Shown here one piece after another: positions 40,901 to 53,440 of a stretch of DNA of 64,000 nucleotides. Where the stretch lies: the NCBI GenBank assembly GCA_043228905.1, contig JBHGNT010000017.1, positions 12,462,001 to 12,526,000 on the forward strand, given 5' to 3'. The DNA is from Azolla caroliniana. Lineage: Eukaryota > Plantae > Polypodiophyta. Made by a program: the position numbers and the translations under genes. The notes under the pieces were generated by a model. That model saw only the letters and a program-made list of their open reading frames with translations, was not told the DNA's origin and searched no databases. Positions within the stretch are counted from its first letter, which is position 1. Each line of letters opens with the position of its first letter.

Positions 40901-43900
40901 CTGCGTCAAGTCCCAATTGTCGGACGCATTTGAGATGAAGGACCTGGGGGACCTTCATTATTTTCTTGGGATCGAGGTGATCCGAACCCCCGACGGCATA
41001 TTGCTCTCACAACGACATTACGTCTTGAATATGCTGTACAAGTTCGGCATGACAGAATGCCGAACTGTCTCCAGACCCTTGGACCGGAACCAGAAGCTTC
41101 GTCCCAACTCCGAACCGGCCTACAACGAGCAACGGTTCCAAAAAAATTTCGGAAGCCTTATTTACTTGAGTATCACGCGACCCGATATCAGCTATCCGGT
41201 CGGAATGATAAGTCAGTTCATGCAGAAGTCGACCTTGGAGCACCTTTAGTGCGCGCAACGGATACAACGTTATGTAGGCGGCACGAAGGACCGGGGCCTG
41301 TTATACCAGCGCGGTAGATACCCGAAGAGCTGGTCGGTTACACAAATGCCGACTGGGCCGGCGATGCATCAGATCACCGATCAACATCCGGTTACATGTT
41401 TTCCCTAGGAAGCGCGGTTGTTGCATGGAGCAGTAAAAAGCAGCCAGCAGTTGCTTTGTCGACCACTGAGGCTGAGTATCGGGGCACTACCATTGCCACC
41501 TGTGAAGCCATTTGGCTTCAGCGACTGCTGCAAGACCTACAGATCGAGGTACCGACCCCAATTCTGGTCTACTGCGACAACATAAGCAGCATGCACCTCA
41601 CCAAGAACCCCGTATTCCATGGTCGCACAAAGCACATAGAAGTGCACTATCACTTTGTGCGTGAGCGTGTCTTGAGCGTTGAGGTCGAACTTTGGTATGT
41701 TCATACGGATCGGCAAGTTGCCGACATCTTCACCAAACTGCTCGGATCGGACAAGTTGCAGCACTTCACCGAAATGCTTGGTGTTCAGCATCTCGACGTG
41801 CCACACTTGAGGGGGAGAACGGGCAAAGACACCAGAACAGGCAAAGGCAAAGACACTGCCGACTGCGTTGGTGAGGGAAGAACTAACGAAGGGAGAGTCA
41901 AGAAGAAGAAAGACGCCGAGTCGACAAGGGAAGTTGACACATCCGAACAAGTCGGAATAAGCAGTAGCGGCGGCAGAGTCAAGAAGGACAGAGCCGACTG
42001 AAGGAAGAAGGCCAAGACCCACACATGGTCCGATGTGGTGAAGGGGCCTGGAACCAGAAGACGAATTGGGAGCAACTGATTCAGACAAGTGTTGGAACGA
42101 ATCGGAGACAGTCGATTCGGTTCAACAAACAGATTCGGAAGAACCGGATCAATTCAAGGCCAAGAGGACGAGAAGGCAGCGAAAGTCGACGCCAACACGA
42201 AGGGATCAGCGAACCGGAACGCGCTGAAGTCACGGCAGCAAGGGAGCTGAATTAGGCCTGTTAAGCAGACAAGCTGACCGAGGAGATCGAGGTGCGTAGA
42301 ACAAGATGGGTGTGCTCTCTCTGTCTCTCCCGTGTATTCTCTGCTTTTCTGTGTTTTTTAACGCTTCCGCAGGTAATTGTTTACACGCGTGAACCGTCTC
42401 CTCGGTTCCTTGCGCGGGGAGAGCACGACAGAGTCTCCACTGAAAGGGACATGGCTGAAAGGGACTTCTCTGACGTGCACGATTGGGTGAGGAGTGTCAT
42501 CTCCGGTTTCGACGACTCCCGGTTGTTCCGGTTTCTCCACAAAAGAGAACCACTCTTTGTGGCTTGTCATGTGATTCGATGCACCGGAATCAACATACCA
42601 CACTTCCTCCAACTTGGAAGTGGTCTTCTTCATCGAGTTAGCCTCGTGTTTCATCACCAAGGTTGGCCCTTTACCGGCTTTTCCAAATTTGGATCCTTTC
42701 GATCCTTCTGCGTAGTGCAAGTATTGCCGGTTCTCTCTGTTGGCCTTGCCGAATCCGGATCTGTCCGAATCGGCGCGCTTCTTCCAGCACTCACTTTCTC
42801 TGTGGCCCTTTTTACCACAGTACCAACATTCCGTGTCGGCCTTTGCTTGAAGGACTCCGGCACTGCCTTCACTCCCCCTGCTTGTGGAGGATCCGGAACT
42901 GCAGTCGGCACATTCTCTTGCCGGCCGCAACCATTGCTAGCCGACCTGCCTTGTCCACCACGCCCACGGGGCCGATCTGCCTCCGTGTACAACATCTGGT
43001 TGTCGGTGGGTGCACTTATCGACACACCAGCGTGGTTCTCCTCCACAAGGAGCATCGATTGTGAGTCGAAAAATGACGGCGTAGTCTCCCTTGTACAGAC
43101 TGTCGTTCGGAAAGCTCCGAACTTAAACGCTAACCTGCCAAGACAAACCTGCACCATCTCATCCTCCTCGACGTTCACGTTCACAGAGGCGAGTGAGTCG
43201 CTGATTTCTTTAATCTTGGAGGTGTAATCAGCCACTGACATATCTCGTTGTCGTACATTGCTCAACTCTTGCCTGAGTTGAAGCTTCATGGCTGTAACGC
43301 TTGCGGTGAAGACCTTTTTCAGATTTCCCCAAGCTTCTTTGGGCATCTTGGCATCTCGGATATGGCTTAGCAGCTGGTCTCTGACACTGGACGTGAAGCA
43401 GTACATCACCCTACTTGCCGCTTGTTCCCACACAGGGAAGTCCTTGTGTGTCGCATGAGGTGCTGTGTCGTTAGCTCCGTCGACATAGCTCCAGTAACCA
43501 TGCCCAAGCAGGTACTGGTGCATCTTGTAAGACCAAGATGCGTATTTGGTTCTGTCGAGCTTCTCCACCCGGAACGAGCTAGCCATTCCTCTCTCCATTT
43601 TGCTTTTACCTATTCTTCTTGGTTGGTTTCCTTTTCAAGCTATGTCGACTGCAGAGACTCTCAAACCTCACGCTTTGATACCATGTAAAAGATATACGTT
43701 GTGCGAAAGCAATAGAAAACCGAACATAGAAAACACAGGTTTAATGGAGAGCTTAGAATATACAAAGTACGTGGGAGAGACATAGAATGAGCAGAACGTT
43801 AATAATCTATTACCAACACTAATAGTTCTCTCTGTACATAAAACGTGCTCAACAACCCTATTTATACAAGTCCTAAGACAACTGACTAAAGTACCGCATA

Positions 43901-44108
43901 CTTCAATGCTCACTCAAGCATCTGACACTAATTCCGAGACTATTAACTACCTAGTAGTCTAGGCTACTACTTGGCTTCCAGTTACTGTTTGATCTAGCTA
44001 ACCGGCTCCCCAGCTCACCGGCTCACCGATCCGGCTCATCCTTCCGGATGCCGATCCGGTTGAGGCTTATTCAACCGATCCGGATCCGGTTGAACTTGCC
44101 GCTCAACA
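34923..44108 (-). mobile_element. Copia (second family), outer element; integrase and RT N-terminus deleted
   Basis: LTRs 43684-44108 and 34923-35321. PBS complement GCTTTGATACCA at 43672-43683, PPT complement at 35322-35334. gag 42654-43598, WYVDSGASNHM, LYVDDL. TSD ATCAG/ATCGG. Confidence 0.92.
37396..42385 (+). mobile_element. Copia (second family), inner element nested in opposite orientation
   Basis: Perfect TSD CGCGT at 37391-37395 and 42386-42390. 5' LTR 37396-37779, PBS 37780-37791. gag/PR/INT/RT/RH fragments. 3' LTR reduced to ~42310-42385. Confidence 0.93.
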
Positions 44109-47100
44109 ATCGGAATGTGAGCTCTTGGTACCTGAATTAGCTTGAGACTCCATGGCACGTGCGGCGACGTAAAGATTACCATTGGTCCGACAACGGTCGG
44201 GTCGACGCACCCAATCTCTCCTAGCGAGAATGCAAAGGCTTTCCCGTGTCTCTCGAGCATCCTTTGGATCCGGTCCTCTTCTGTCGGCAGTAGGAAGCCA
44301 CCCCCACTGATCTTCAGCTCTCACAGCGTCTTGTCGGTGAACCGGTGTCCTATGCTGGACGGATCTCGCAATCTTGGGTCGGTATTGACCCTCTTTATTA
44401 GTTCCCAGTTGCTCTCCGGCAAGGGAGCCACGACTAGCTTCACCTTTTGGTCCACAATTTTGTACTTGGTGTCCACAACCCCGATTTCCCTTTTGAAGTC
44501 CGCTATGACTTCGTACATCTCGACTGAGTTAACCGGTATGATTCGGTCTTCACTTAAACCTCATTCGACTACCCTCTCGATTTATCGAAGGGTTTCATCA
44601 AATGAGACCGCCTCCATGGCGTTGCCAATTCCCTCATCGTGGCCCAAGGCTCCGCACGCCTTCAAGTGCGCCTCTGTTTGTTTCCTTTCTCGACCACTAA
44701 TACCGGTTATAGTTCAACCTCCATTATTGGAGAACAAAACTTTCCTAGCTATTGTACAGGTGTGGGGTGAGTTCCGGTCATCTGGACTACCGCAGCCCCA
44801 CGCCTTGATAGTCCTTTCTAAAAATCCTCTCGGCCGTTATTGTCGAGGGTGTCCCGATTACGCTCATGATTCTGCCGCACTGTCAAAAACTGGACAGAGT
44901 GACAATCGTCCTAACTCATTACGCTTGCATAGGACGAACCATTGTCTAGCACTTTGGTCTCCATTCGAGCTGCATGATGTATGGCTCGCCGAGGATGACC
45001 GGATGGGAAGATATCTCTTGCACGAAAAAGTGTTGGTCTATCTCGATGTCCCCGACACTGACTCTGACACTCGGACAAGCCCCGTGCAACTCTTCCGTGG
45101 CCCTCATAGCTGTGCGTATCTTCCACTCAGATAAGCCCCGTGCAACTCTTCCGTGGCCCCCATAGTTGCGTGTATCTTCCACTCGTGCTTGGTGTTGATC
45201 AACCATTTCCCCTTCTTGTACAAGTCCATGGACATTAGGTTAATTTCTGACCCGTGGTCAATCAACGCCACCACTAGTTCCTTCACATCCCCAATACGAA
45301 CCAGGGTTTTTGTCGTTGCTCTTGCCCAGTGTGGCCTTGTGTAGTGGGTTTCCACAAGCTCGTTCTCCGTGGCCATTTCGTCGAGCAGCGCCACCCTTAC
45401 TTCAACCGTCTTCTCTGGTTCTGGTTCCGTCGCGAGACGCTTCCTTTTTACGAGATCCGTGATGTTGTCGTGGAACTCTCTCCTTGCTATGCCTAGCACT
45501 TCTCTCTGTGTGAGTTCTACGCGACTATCGAGGACTCGCTCCTCTAGGACCTTTCGTAGGTCCGTTAACCAGAAGCTTGGGACCTTGGCCTTCTCCTTCT
45601 CTTGAATGGGTCTGCTCTAGGTGTCATACCTCCCCGAAGGGCCTGTTCCTCCGGTCCTTCCGGCCTGCTTATCGTTGACTAGAATCTCGTAGTTCTGGCA
45701 CGCGGCTTCCACCAAGCCGGTACTTTCCTCAACTGGGTTGCTCCATCCAGTGACATCACGTACTCATTTTTCTACGCGGTCAGATTCTCCCTTCTTCAGC
45801 CTCCTTTCGGAGAAGGTTTCCAGTACCACCGGCCAAAACCTGGGGTTTGTATCGGCGTTAGCCGCCTTTCAACCTACACGAATGCCGACCGAGGCCGCAT
45901 AGTGGATGGCCTCGACGTGCCGCGTTGCGGCCTCCTCCGTCAACCTCTTCATGCCGCCTCGTCTGGGGTTTACTTCGAGCATTCTACGTGTGTTGCTCAT
46001 GTGTACCCTGCCATTCCAAAGGTATACCACATTGCTACTGAGTGCTTCACCGAAGTCGGCACAATATCTATGGGCATGGCTAAGGGTTCACACCATCTGC
46101 ACCTTTGGTTCGCCATCGGCCGCCTGTCGCGGGGCTGGCCTTTGTCACACCTTCGGGCCTGAGCGATCTGGAGATCACTCACCATTTTTGTCAGCTCTTC
46201 TGAGCCGCGCCCCCGGATGGTCCCGCGACAACGTTCGCCGGGGCCAGACCTGACTCGAGCCACCATCTCGTTTCTTCTATGCGGGTTGACCCCGACTTGA
46301 CCCTCGTTTTGACAATCGATCCGACTGTCATGGACCCCTTCTCTTTCCAGTCTCTACACTTGTCGATCTGGCCACACACCCCTTTGACCACGGCCCAGTC
46401 GACCATGAGTCCGTCGTTTGCCTCTAAAAGGAGACCCACATTATCGTGGTTGAGCAAGTCGAACGACTTAACAAACAGCAGGACCTTGTTCGTGTCAACC
46501 ACTATCCGGTACAATGTGGAGAGCCGCGCGAACCGCGACTCAAACTCCTGAAGGAGCGTTGATGCATTCTAACCTTTGCTAGGGCTATCAACCCAATCCA
46601 TGAAATCCTTTTTCAACAGCTAGAGCGAGTCATCAAAGTTGTACCATTCAAGAATCCGCTCTACAAAGTCAGCCCAATCGCGGCAACCCGCTTGTACTTC
46701 GAGCACTTCCGCATGGATGCTCATCGTCACGACCCGAGGAAACCCAGTCAGCCATCTATCCTCTGGAATGTTTCTGTTACCGACCGGCAAAGGAGTTTGG
46801 AGTGTGAAACGAAGGAGTTATTTAATTATTAAGGAATGGTTGTAAGTGAGCTATTAGTGTGGACGGACGGACCAGAATCGGTATGCCGTTCCGAATCGGG
46901 ACCGATCCCGAATAGGTGCGGATGGCACCGTTTTGTACTACAAACCGGAAACCTATTTAAAGGCCCGGATACAATGTAATGTGGAGCGGATAATTAATGA
47001 AGCTTAGTGTTTTTATCTCTTTGTGTTAATTGCCGTTCTGCATTCATTTTTATATCTTACGCATGTGATTATTAAGGACGATCTTGCTAAGTAACCTAAT

Positions 47101-47216
47101 TCAGTCGGATTAATCGTTGAGCCTAATTCTCTTGCCGTAACACCCCTTTGGTGAAGTGTCTTCCGTAGACACCCTGTGTTAGGCCATTGTCCGGCCCTAA
47201 GAGTTAACACAGCTTT

Positions 47217-47226
47217 TGGCGACCAC
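47217..47226 (+). promoter_or_regulatory. Probable PBS, tRNA-Arg
   Basis: TGGCGACCAC is complementary to the ...GTGGTCG-CCA 3' end as recalled for plant tRNA-Arg. Only 10 nt match. Confidence 0.6.
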
Positions 47227-47480
47227 GATTCCTGTTTTTGCAGTGAACGACGGCATGAATGGATGACTAGATCAATGCACGACCTGGTTATAGATCGAAC
47301 TCGACGCAAAGGAGACGTGAGGCTTTCCAACAAGCGGCGCAAGAAATTAGAGCGGATCGCTCGTTTTCCAACGTAATTCGGAGAGTAGCGGAGGAGTCCC
47401 TCTGGTTACAGCAAACATCGCACCCAGACGACGGCAACAACCTAAGCAACCTCCGGGAAACCGAATCCCTTCTCGAAGCG

Positions 47481-50400
47481 TTGGCAAGCGGAGAAGGCGA
47501 AGCAGAAGCCTTTTCAGCGTATGAATCGGATTCCGAAGGGGGATACAAAGTGCACATGAACTACCGTAGCAGCAACGACACCCCGGGCAGAGCGGAGGAT
47601 GAAGGATCAGACACCTTACCGACACCGGAACCGGAAGTGCTAAGGCTGGAACCTCCGGAACTAGAAGTAGAGGAAGAGCGACCTCCGACACCGGAAGTCG
47701 AGGTGAGGCCTCCATCACCAAAAGAAGAGGAAAGACCACCGACGGCGGAGAAAAACCAGGAAGGACCACCAACACCGCCAGCCCGCGCACGGATACCAGA
47801 CAACGACATGCTGTTCCAGTACTCCAAGTATAGAGATGATCCGGACGCGGAAGCTCATGTTCACGCCTTTGAACAGACATGGGAAGCAAACCATGTTTCC
47901 CAGCGATTGACCCCGGAGGAAGAGGAACGCTCTAAGATAGCGGAATTTGGCGTCACATTGGAGGGACCGGCAGCAAGATGGCACCGGACGCAGGACCCGT
48001 CTACCATCACCACCTTCGCAGATTTTAAAGCTAAATTCTGGCATTTTTTCCACAAGGAGGTGGACCAGACAGTAATGGTGGGCTTGTTTTATACCATCTG
48101 ACAGGAGGCAAGGGAGAGCATTCCCCAGTTTGTCATCCGGTTTCAACGGATGCATAGTCAGCTTGCCCGCGCACCCCCGGAGGAGGAATTACGGACTATA
48201 TTCCTCCTAAATGCCGGGAACCCCTACGCACGGTTTGCATGGTAATTGACTTCCGCGCAAGTACCATCGACCAGGTCATTTACTGGGTGAGAGAGATGGA
48301 AAAGACAAGCTCCTGGCTCACACTGGGAGCACTCCAACGGGCGTTATTGTTCGATGAAGACCTCCGGTTTCGGCAAGCAATGCAGTGCACAACCTGCTTG
48401 AATTCCAGACACTCGGCACTAGAATGCACTATGAGGACGCAATGTGTAATCTGTCAATCCAAGGGCCATACGACGGATAGGTGCGAGTATAATCTATTGA
48501 ACCGGCAAGCACCGCCCGTCCGACAAATAGAGCCACGCAGCAACCGGGATGAAGAAGAGGAACATTGGCGGCGAATGGACCGATACCGACCGGCACAGGA
48601 TGTCCGGTATGGTGATCGACGGGAGAATGATGTCCGGTACGGTGATTGGAGGGATAACTACGACCGGTATGATAGATATGATCGGTACCAGGATTAAAAT
48701 AGACGATACGAACATTACGACCGGGAGCACTCCCCCGGGTATCGTCAGCAACAGGAGGAATACGGCAGATATAACGACCAACCTCGTCAAGAGTACTGCA
48801 ATAAGAAGAACTATAGCAAAAAACGGCATTTCAAAAAAGGTGGCCACCCACGGGATCTGGAACAAGGAGCTTAAAGCCAACCGACCCAAAACCCCGCGCT
48901 TACCACAGGACCTGCCCCGGGTACAACAAACAATGCCGAATCCAGCAATACCCGGAAAGCCTACTGCTACTACTACCGTCAAGAAGGCCATTATAGTAAT
49001 CAATGCCCGGCGAAGAGCTATGACAAACGACCGGCAGTAAATATGGTAGTCCCTGAAGTGGCAGATCTGCAGCAGGTGACCACAAGGTCGAAGGGCATGG
49101 CCAAGGAATGGGAGACGCAGGAGACCATCCGGAAGCAAGCGACGGAATGGGTGAAGAAAGCAAACGAGCAAAACGTAACAGACTTAGAGCGGCAAAAGGA
49201 GAACACCGTAGGGCTTGCCGGCGGCAGTCACTCCGAGAACGAGACATGGCAGGCGTTGCAAGAATGCCAGATTACACTGCCACTAGGAAGACTCCTACAG
49301 CTCGTGCCGAGATTCACGAAAGGACTGAAGAGAACCATGATGGAAGGAGAATCATCACCGGCATCGGTACTCTTCTCGAATCCGGAGGAGGAACCAACGG
49401 TGGTGGACACCAACAGTCCGGTAATTACTGCCATTGTAAAAGGGAAAGAACTCCCCGGCACAGTAATAGACGGAGGCTCCGGTGTGAATGTAATAAGCCT
49501 CCGGACGTGTGATGCCCTGGGAATCCACGAGTGGGAGTCGTGTCCGTTCTGGTTACAGATGGCCGATACAAGCTTAGTGCGGCCGACAGGATTATTACGA
49601 AAATTAGAAGTCACCTTTGGCGGTCATACATTTCACATCTCGGCAGTAGTGCTACAATTACAGGCACAAGGCGCGTACCCACTATTGCTGGGGCAGCCAT
49701 GGTTGAAAATGGCACATATCAAACAGAATTGGAGGAAAAATATAATTACCTTCCGGCGAGGAAAAGCCAAGGTACGTGTACCAACACAGCCAAGGACGAG
49801 CACTGGCAAGGAATGTACACCGTTGTATGCAGAGTGCGTCAACATGCTAGAAGGGTTAGTTGACGAAGAAGAAGCTCAGTACTTGCAGGAAAACCCGAAG
49901 ATCGTACCCCTCTTCGAAATTGACATTGCCAAAGCAGTAGCACCATACTTACCGCAGCCGGAAGAGACTGAAGCAGAACCGGATAAGGACGCAATCCGAG
50001 AGTTAGGGCAAGCGCAGGAAGCGTTGGAATGGGAAATGGCCGTTTCACAACGCGTAAAAGCGTCGCAACTTGAAGAGGTGAAGCTAGGGACCACAGACGA
50101 AGCAAAACCGGTGCACATCGCCAAGGTGATGAAGTCCGAAGACAAAACGGCGATGATCACACTTCTCACGGAATTTCGCGACGTGTTTGCCTGGTCATAT
50201 GAAGACATGCGAGGGCTCGACCCTCAATTATACCAGCATTAGATTCACTTGAGCAAGGACGCAAAACTAGTAGCACAAAGACGGTACCGGATGAATCTCA
50301 ATTATGCCGCCAAAGTCAAGGAGGAAATCGACAAACTGCTAAGAGTTGGCTTTATCCGTCCTGTAAAGAAAGCGACATGGCTGAGCCCGATTGTAGTCGT

Positions 50401-53063
50401 ACCAAAGAAGAACGGAAAAATTCGAGTTTGTGTGGACTACCGGAAACTCAATGCGGCTACGATAACGGATGCGTTTCCACTTCCGTTCACAGATGGAGTG
50501 TTGGATTCCGTCGCCGGCCATGAGGTCTATAGCTTTCTAGACAAATTCAGCAGGTATAATCAGATCAGGATGCACCCTAACGACCAAGAGAAAACGGCTT
50601 TCGTCGCCGAATGGGGGGTGTTTGTGGCCGTGGTGATGATGTTCGGACTCAAAACGGCACTGGTAACATTCCAACGAATCATCATGTAAATCTTTGGTGA
50701 ATATATCCCGGCTTTTATGCAGGTTTTCCTTGACGATTTCACCGTCAATAGCCAGGAAGAGGATCATTTGCAGCACCTCCGTCTTTTTCTAGAAAAGTGT
50801 AGAGCGTACCGGCTAAGCTTGAATCCGGCGAAGTGTGTATTTGGCATGTCCAGTGGAACCCTACTAGGACATATTGTGAGCAAGGAAGGCATTACAGTCG
50901 ACCTGGACAAAGTGAAAGCCATATTAGAAGCACCAACGCCGGCAATGGCAAAGGCATTGAGCCGGCTCTTAGGCTAGATCGGGTGGCACAGCCGGATGGT
51001 CCGATGCTTGGCCGACCTGGCTACACCGTTGCATGCCGCGGTACATCGAACACCATTCCAGTGGACCGACATCGAGGATAGCGCGTATAGGGCCCTCAAG
51101 GTACTATTGTCGCAAGCACCGGTAGTGCAGCCTCCGGATTGGAGTAAAGAATTTCATGTGTTCGTGGACGCCTCCGACATCGCAATCGGAAGCGCACTGA
51201 TGCAACTTATGGAGCCAAAGTGGTACCGGCCAGTGTACTATGCCAGCCGAAAGCTATCCCAAGCGGAACGGAACTACTCTACCACGGAACGGGAAGCTCT
51301 AGGGATGATCTATAGTGTGACAAAGTTTCGGCATTATTTATTGGGAAGGAAGTTTTCCTTCCATGTAGATCATTCGGCACTCCTCTACCTGGTGTCCAAG
51401 GCGTCACTCACCGGTAAGTTGGCCCGGTGGACCTTACTGTTACAAGAATTCGAGTTCGAAATATTTCACCGACCCGGTATACAGCATGCTGTAGTGGATT
51501 ATTTAAGCCGATTAGAGTCCGGAGAGACGGGCGACAGAGTAGCGGACGAGTTTCTGGATGCGGAGTTGTTTCGAGTCACTACGGAAATGGCAGCAGATGA
51601 AACGGTGGCACAGGAAGACAAGTGGCTCACAAATATGCACTAGTTTCTGAGCACAAGACTACCTCCGGAGGAGATGAACCGGGACGAAAGGAAACGCCTC
51701 GCGTTGCAAAGCCGACATTTCTGCTTATTGTGAGACACACTTTACCACAAGGGCGCGACGGCATATGGAGACGGGTTGTGCGTAACGATGAAAAGGACCT
51801 CATACTGAGGGAAGCCCACTGCGGAGTTGCCGGAGGTCACTATGCCGGAGATGCGACGACCAGGAAAATATGGCAAAGTGGCCTATGGTGGCCAACTACA
51901 TTAAGAGATGTTGTACGGTACGCAAAAGAATGTGACCTATGCCAGCGAATGGGCCAGCCAACGGAGCAAGCTCGGATGCCACACCAGCCTGTACTACCAC
52001 TCGAACCATTCCAGAAATGGGGGCTGGACTTTGTTGGACCGTTCAAACCACCGGCAATGAGAACAGGTAATCGGTACATCATCGTCGCGACGGATTACTG
52101 CACGAAATGGGTGGAGTCCAAAGCCTTAAGAGACAACACCGTTGCGTCAACGGCAAAATTTTTATACGAATACATCTGGTGTCATTACAGATGCCCAATA
52201 GAATTAATAAGCGACCAAGGGGGGCACTTTCTCGGCCAAGTAGTTGAAAGCCTGACGACATTCTATGCCGTTGTCCATAAACGGAGCACACCGTACTATC
52301 CGCAAGCAAACGGGTTAGTTGAGTCGACGAACAAAACGCTCCAGAATATCCTCCGGAAGATCGTCAACGAAAACCGAATGGATTGGGATACCAAGCTACA
52401 TATAGCGCGCTTTGGGCATACCGGACAACATACAAAACGAGCATCCGAACAACACTGTTCCGGTTAGCGTTCGGACTAGAGGCGGTCATGCCGGTGGAAT
52501 TCCAAGTACCAAGCTTACGGATCCAGCTACAGGAACGACTGAACGAGAAGGAGTCGGAGGCAATACGGTTAACGGCGTTGTGTGAACTCGAGGAACAACG
52601 ATTGGCAAGCATCCTGCACTTAGAATTGGAACAACGGCGACGGAAAGCATTTGTGGACCGGCACCGGAAAGGAAATGAAAAAATGTTTGAAATCGGCAAG
52701 CCGGTGTTAGTATTTCAGACCCGGATGGGCAAGATGCTGGGTAAACTACGATTTAGGTGGACCGGCCCGTATTGGCTAACACGTGAGTATAATGGGTCCT
52801 ACCAGTTAGGGACACTTGCCGGCGAAGTGCTAGGCAAATGGGTCAACGGATTCAGATTGAAGCCATATAGAGGACTGATGCCCAAGAACCCATTTGAGCA
52901 AAGGACCGACACCGGATCGGGAACCGGTGCGGAAACGGCAACCTGTGAGGGAAACGACAACCACCAAGACGAAGGAGACGGCAAGCTGGTAACTGGGGAG
53001 AATGAGGCGACGACAAACCGTAATGAGGCCGGTAAGGGTCCGATAGGACCAATGGACAAGTAA
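47481..53063 (+). pseudogene. Degenerate gag-PR-RT-RH-INT polyprotein
   Basis: ORF fragments 47481-48101, 48239-48697, 49043-50242, 50249-50689, 50717-51643 and 51622-53063. Confidence 0.9.
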
Positions 53064-53440
53064 CCTCACACTAAATTTAAAAAGAAACAAAAAAAGAAGA
53101 AGAAGCGAAGTAATCATGCAAAAGCGAGGTATGAACGGACGAGAGAGTGAGGAGCGAAAAGGTACGTAGTGGGCATTTAAGCGCCGCCATAGGACATAAT
53201 GCTATTTTAGTACACGACGTGCACACGCTCGAAAAAGGCGCCAGAATGCACAGAGAAAAACCACAGCGCATGGAGACCTTCTCATTTCGCGAACCCAGGA
53301 GCACAGAAGCACCAAGGCATTGGAAGATCAGCAGACGAGAACCTACGCACAGAGAACCCCCGCTTTCTAAACTCTCTCTCTCTCACTCTCACTCTCATCA
53401 CCATCCAACCTCGCCACCACAATCCGACCTCGACACAGAC

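Larger units (their letters stand above)
21381..46774 (-). mobile_element. Fragmented 'host' Gypsy of the Trp-primed family; 5' end lies beyond later insertions
   Basis: 3' LTR 21381-22139 (TGTCG...CGACA), PPT at 22140-22165, INT 22170-23600, RH/RT 33927-34917, RT start/PR/gag 44114-46774. The reading frame rejoins across the Copia insertion (VPRAHIP|MLMELLKQK). The link between the INT piece and the RT piece is inferred from colinearity. Confidence 0.75.

Noticed and set aside
42292-45134. Long antisense ORFs (42292-43227, 44142-45134; also 35411-36193, 14919-15626, 22077-22763)
   Set aside because: They are shadows of retroelement coding strands, cross insertion junctions and show no motifs.
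45078-45185. ~55-bp direct duplication in the host protease (similar small duplication at 34680-34740)
   Set aside because: Private slippage lesions in a dead copy, absent from the intact element.
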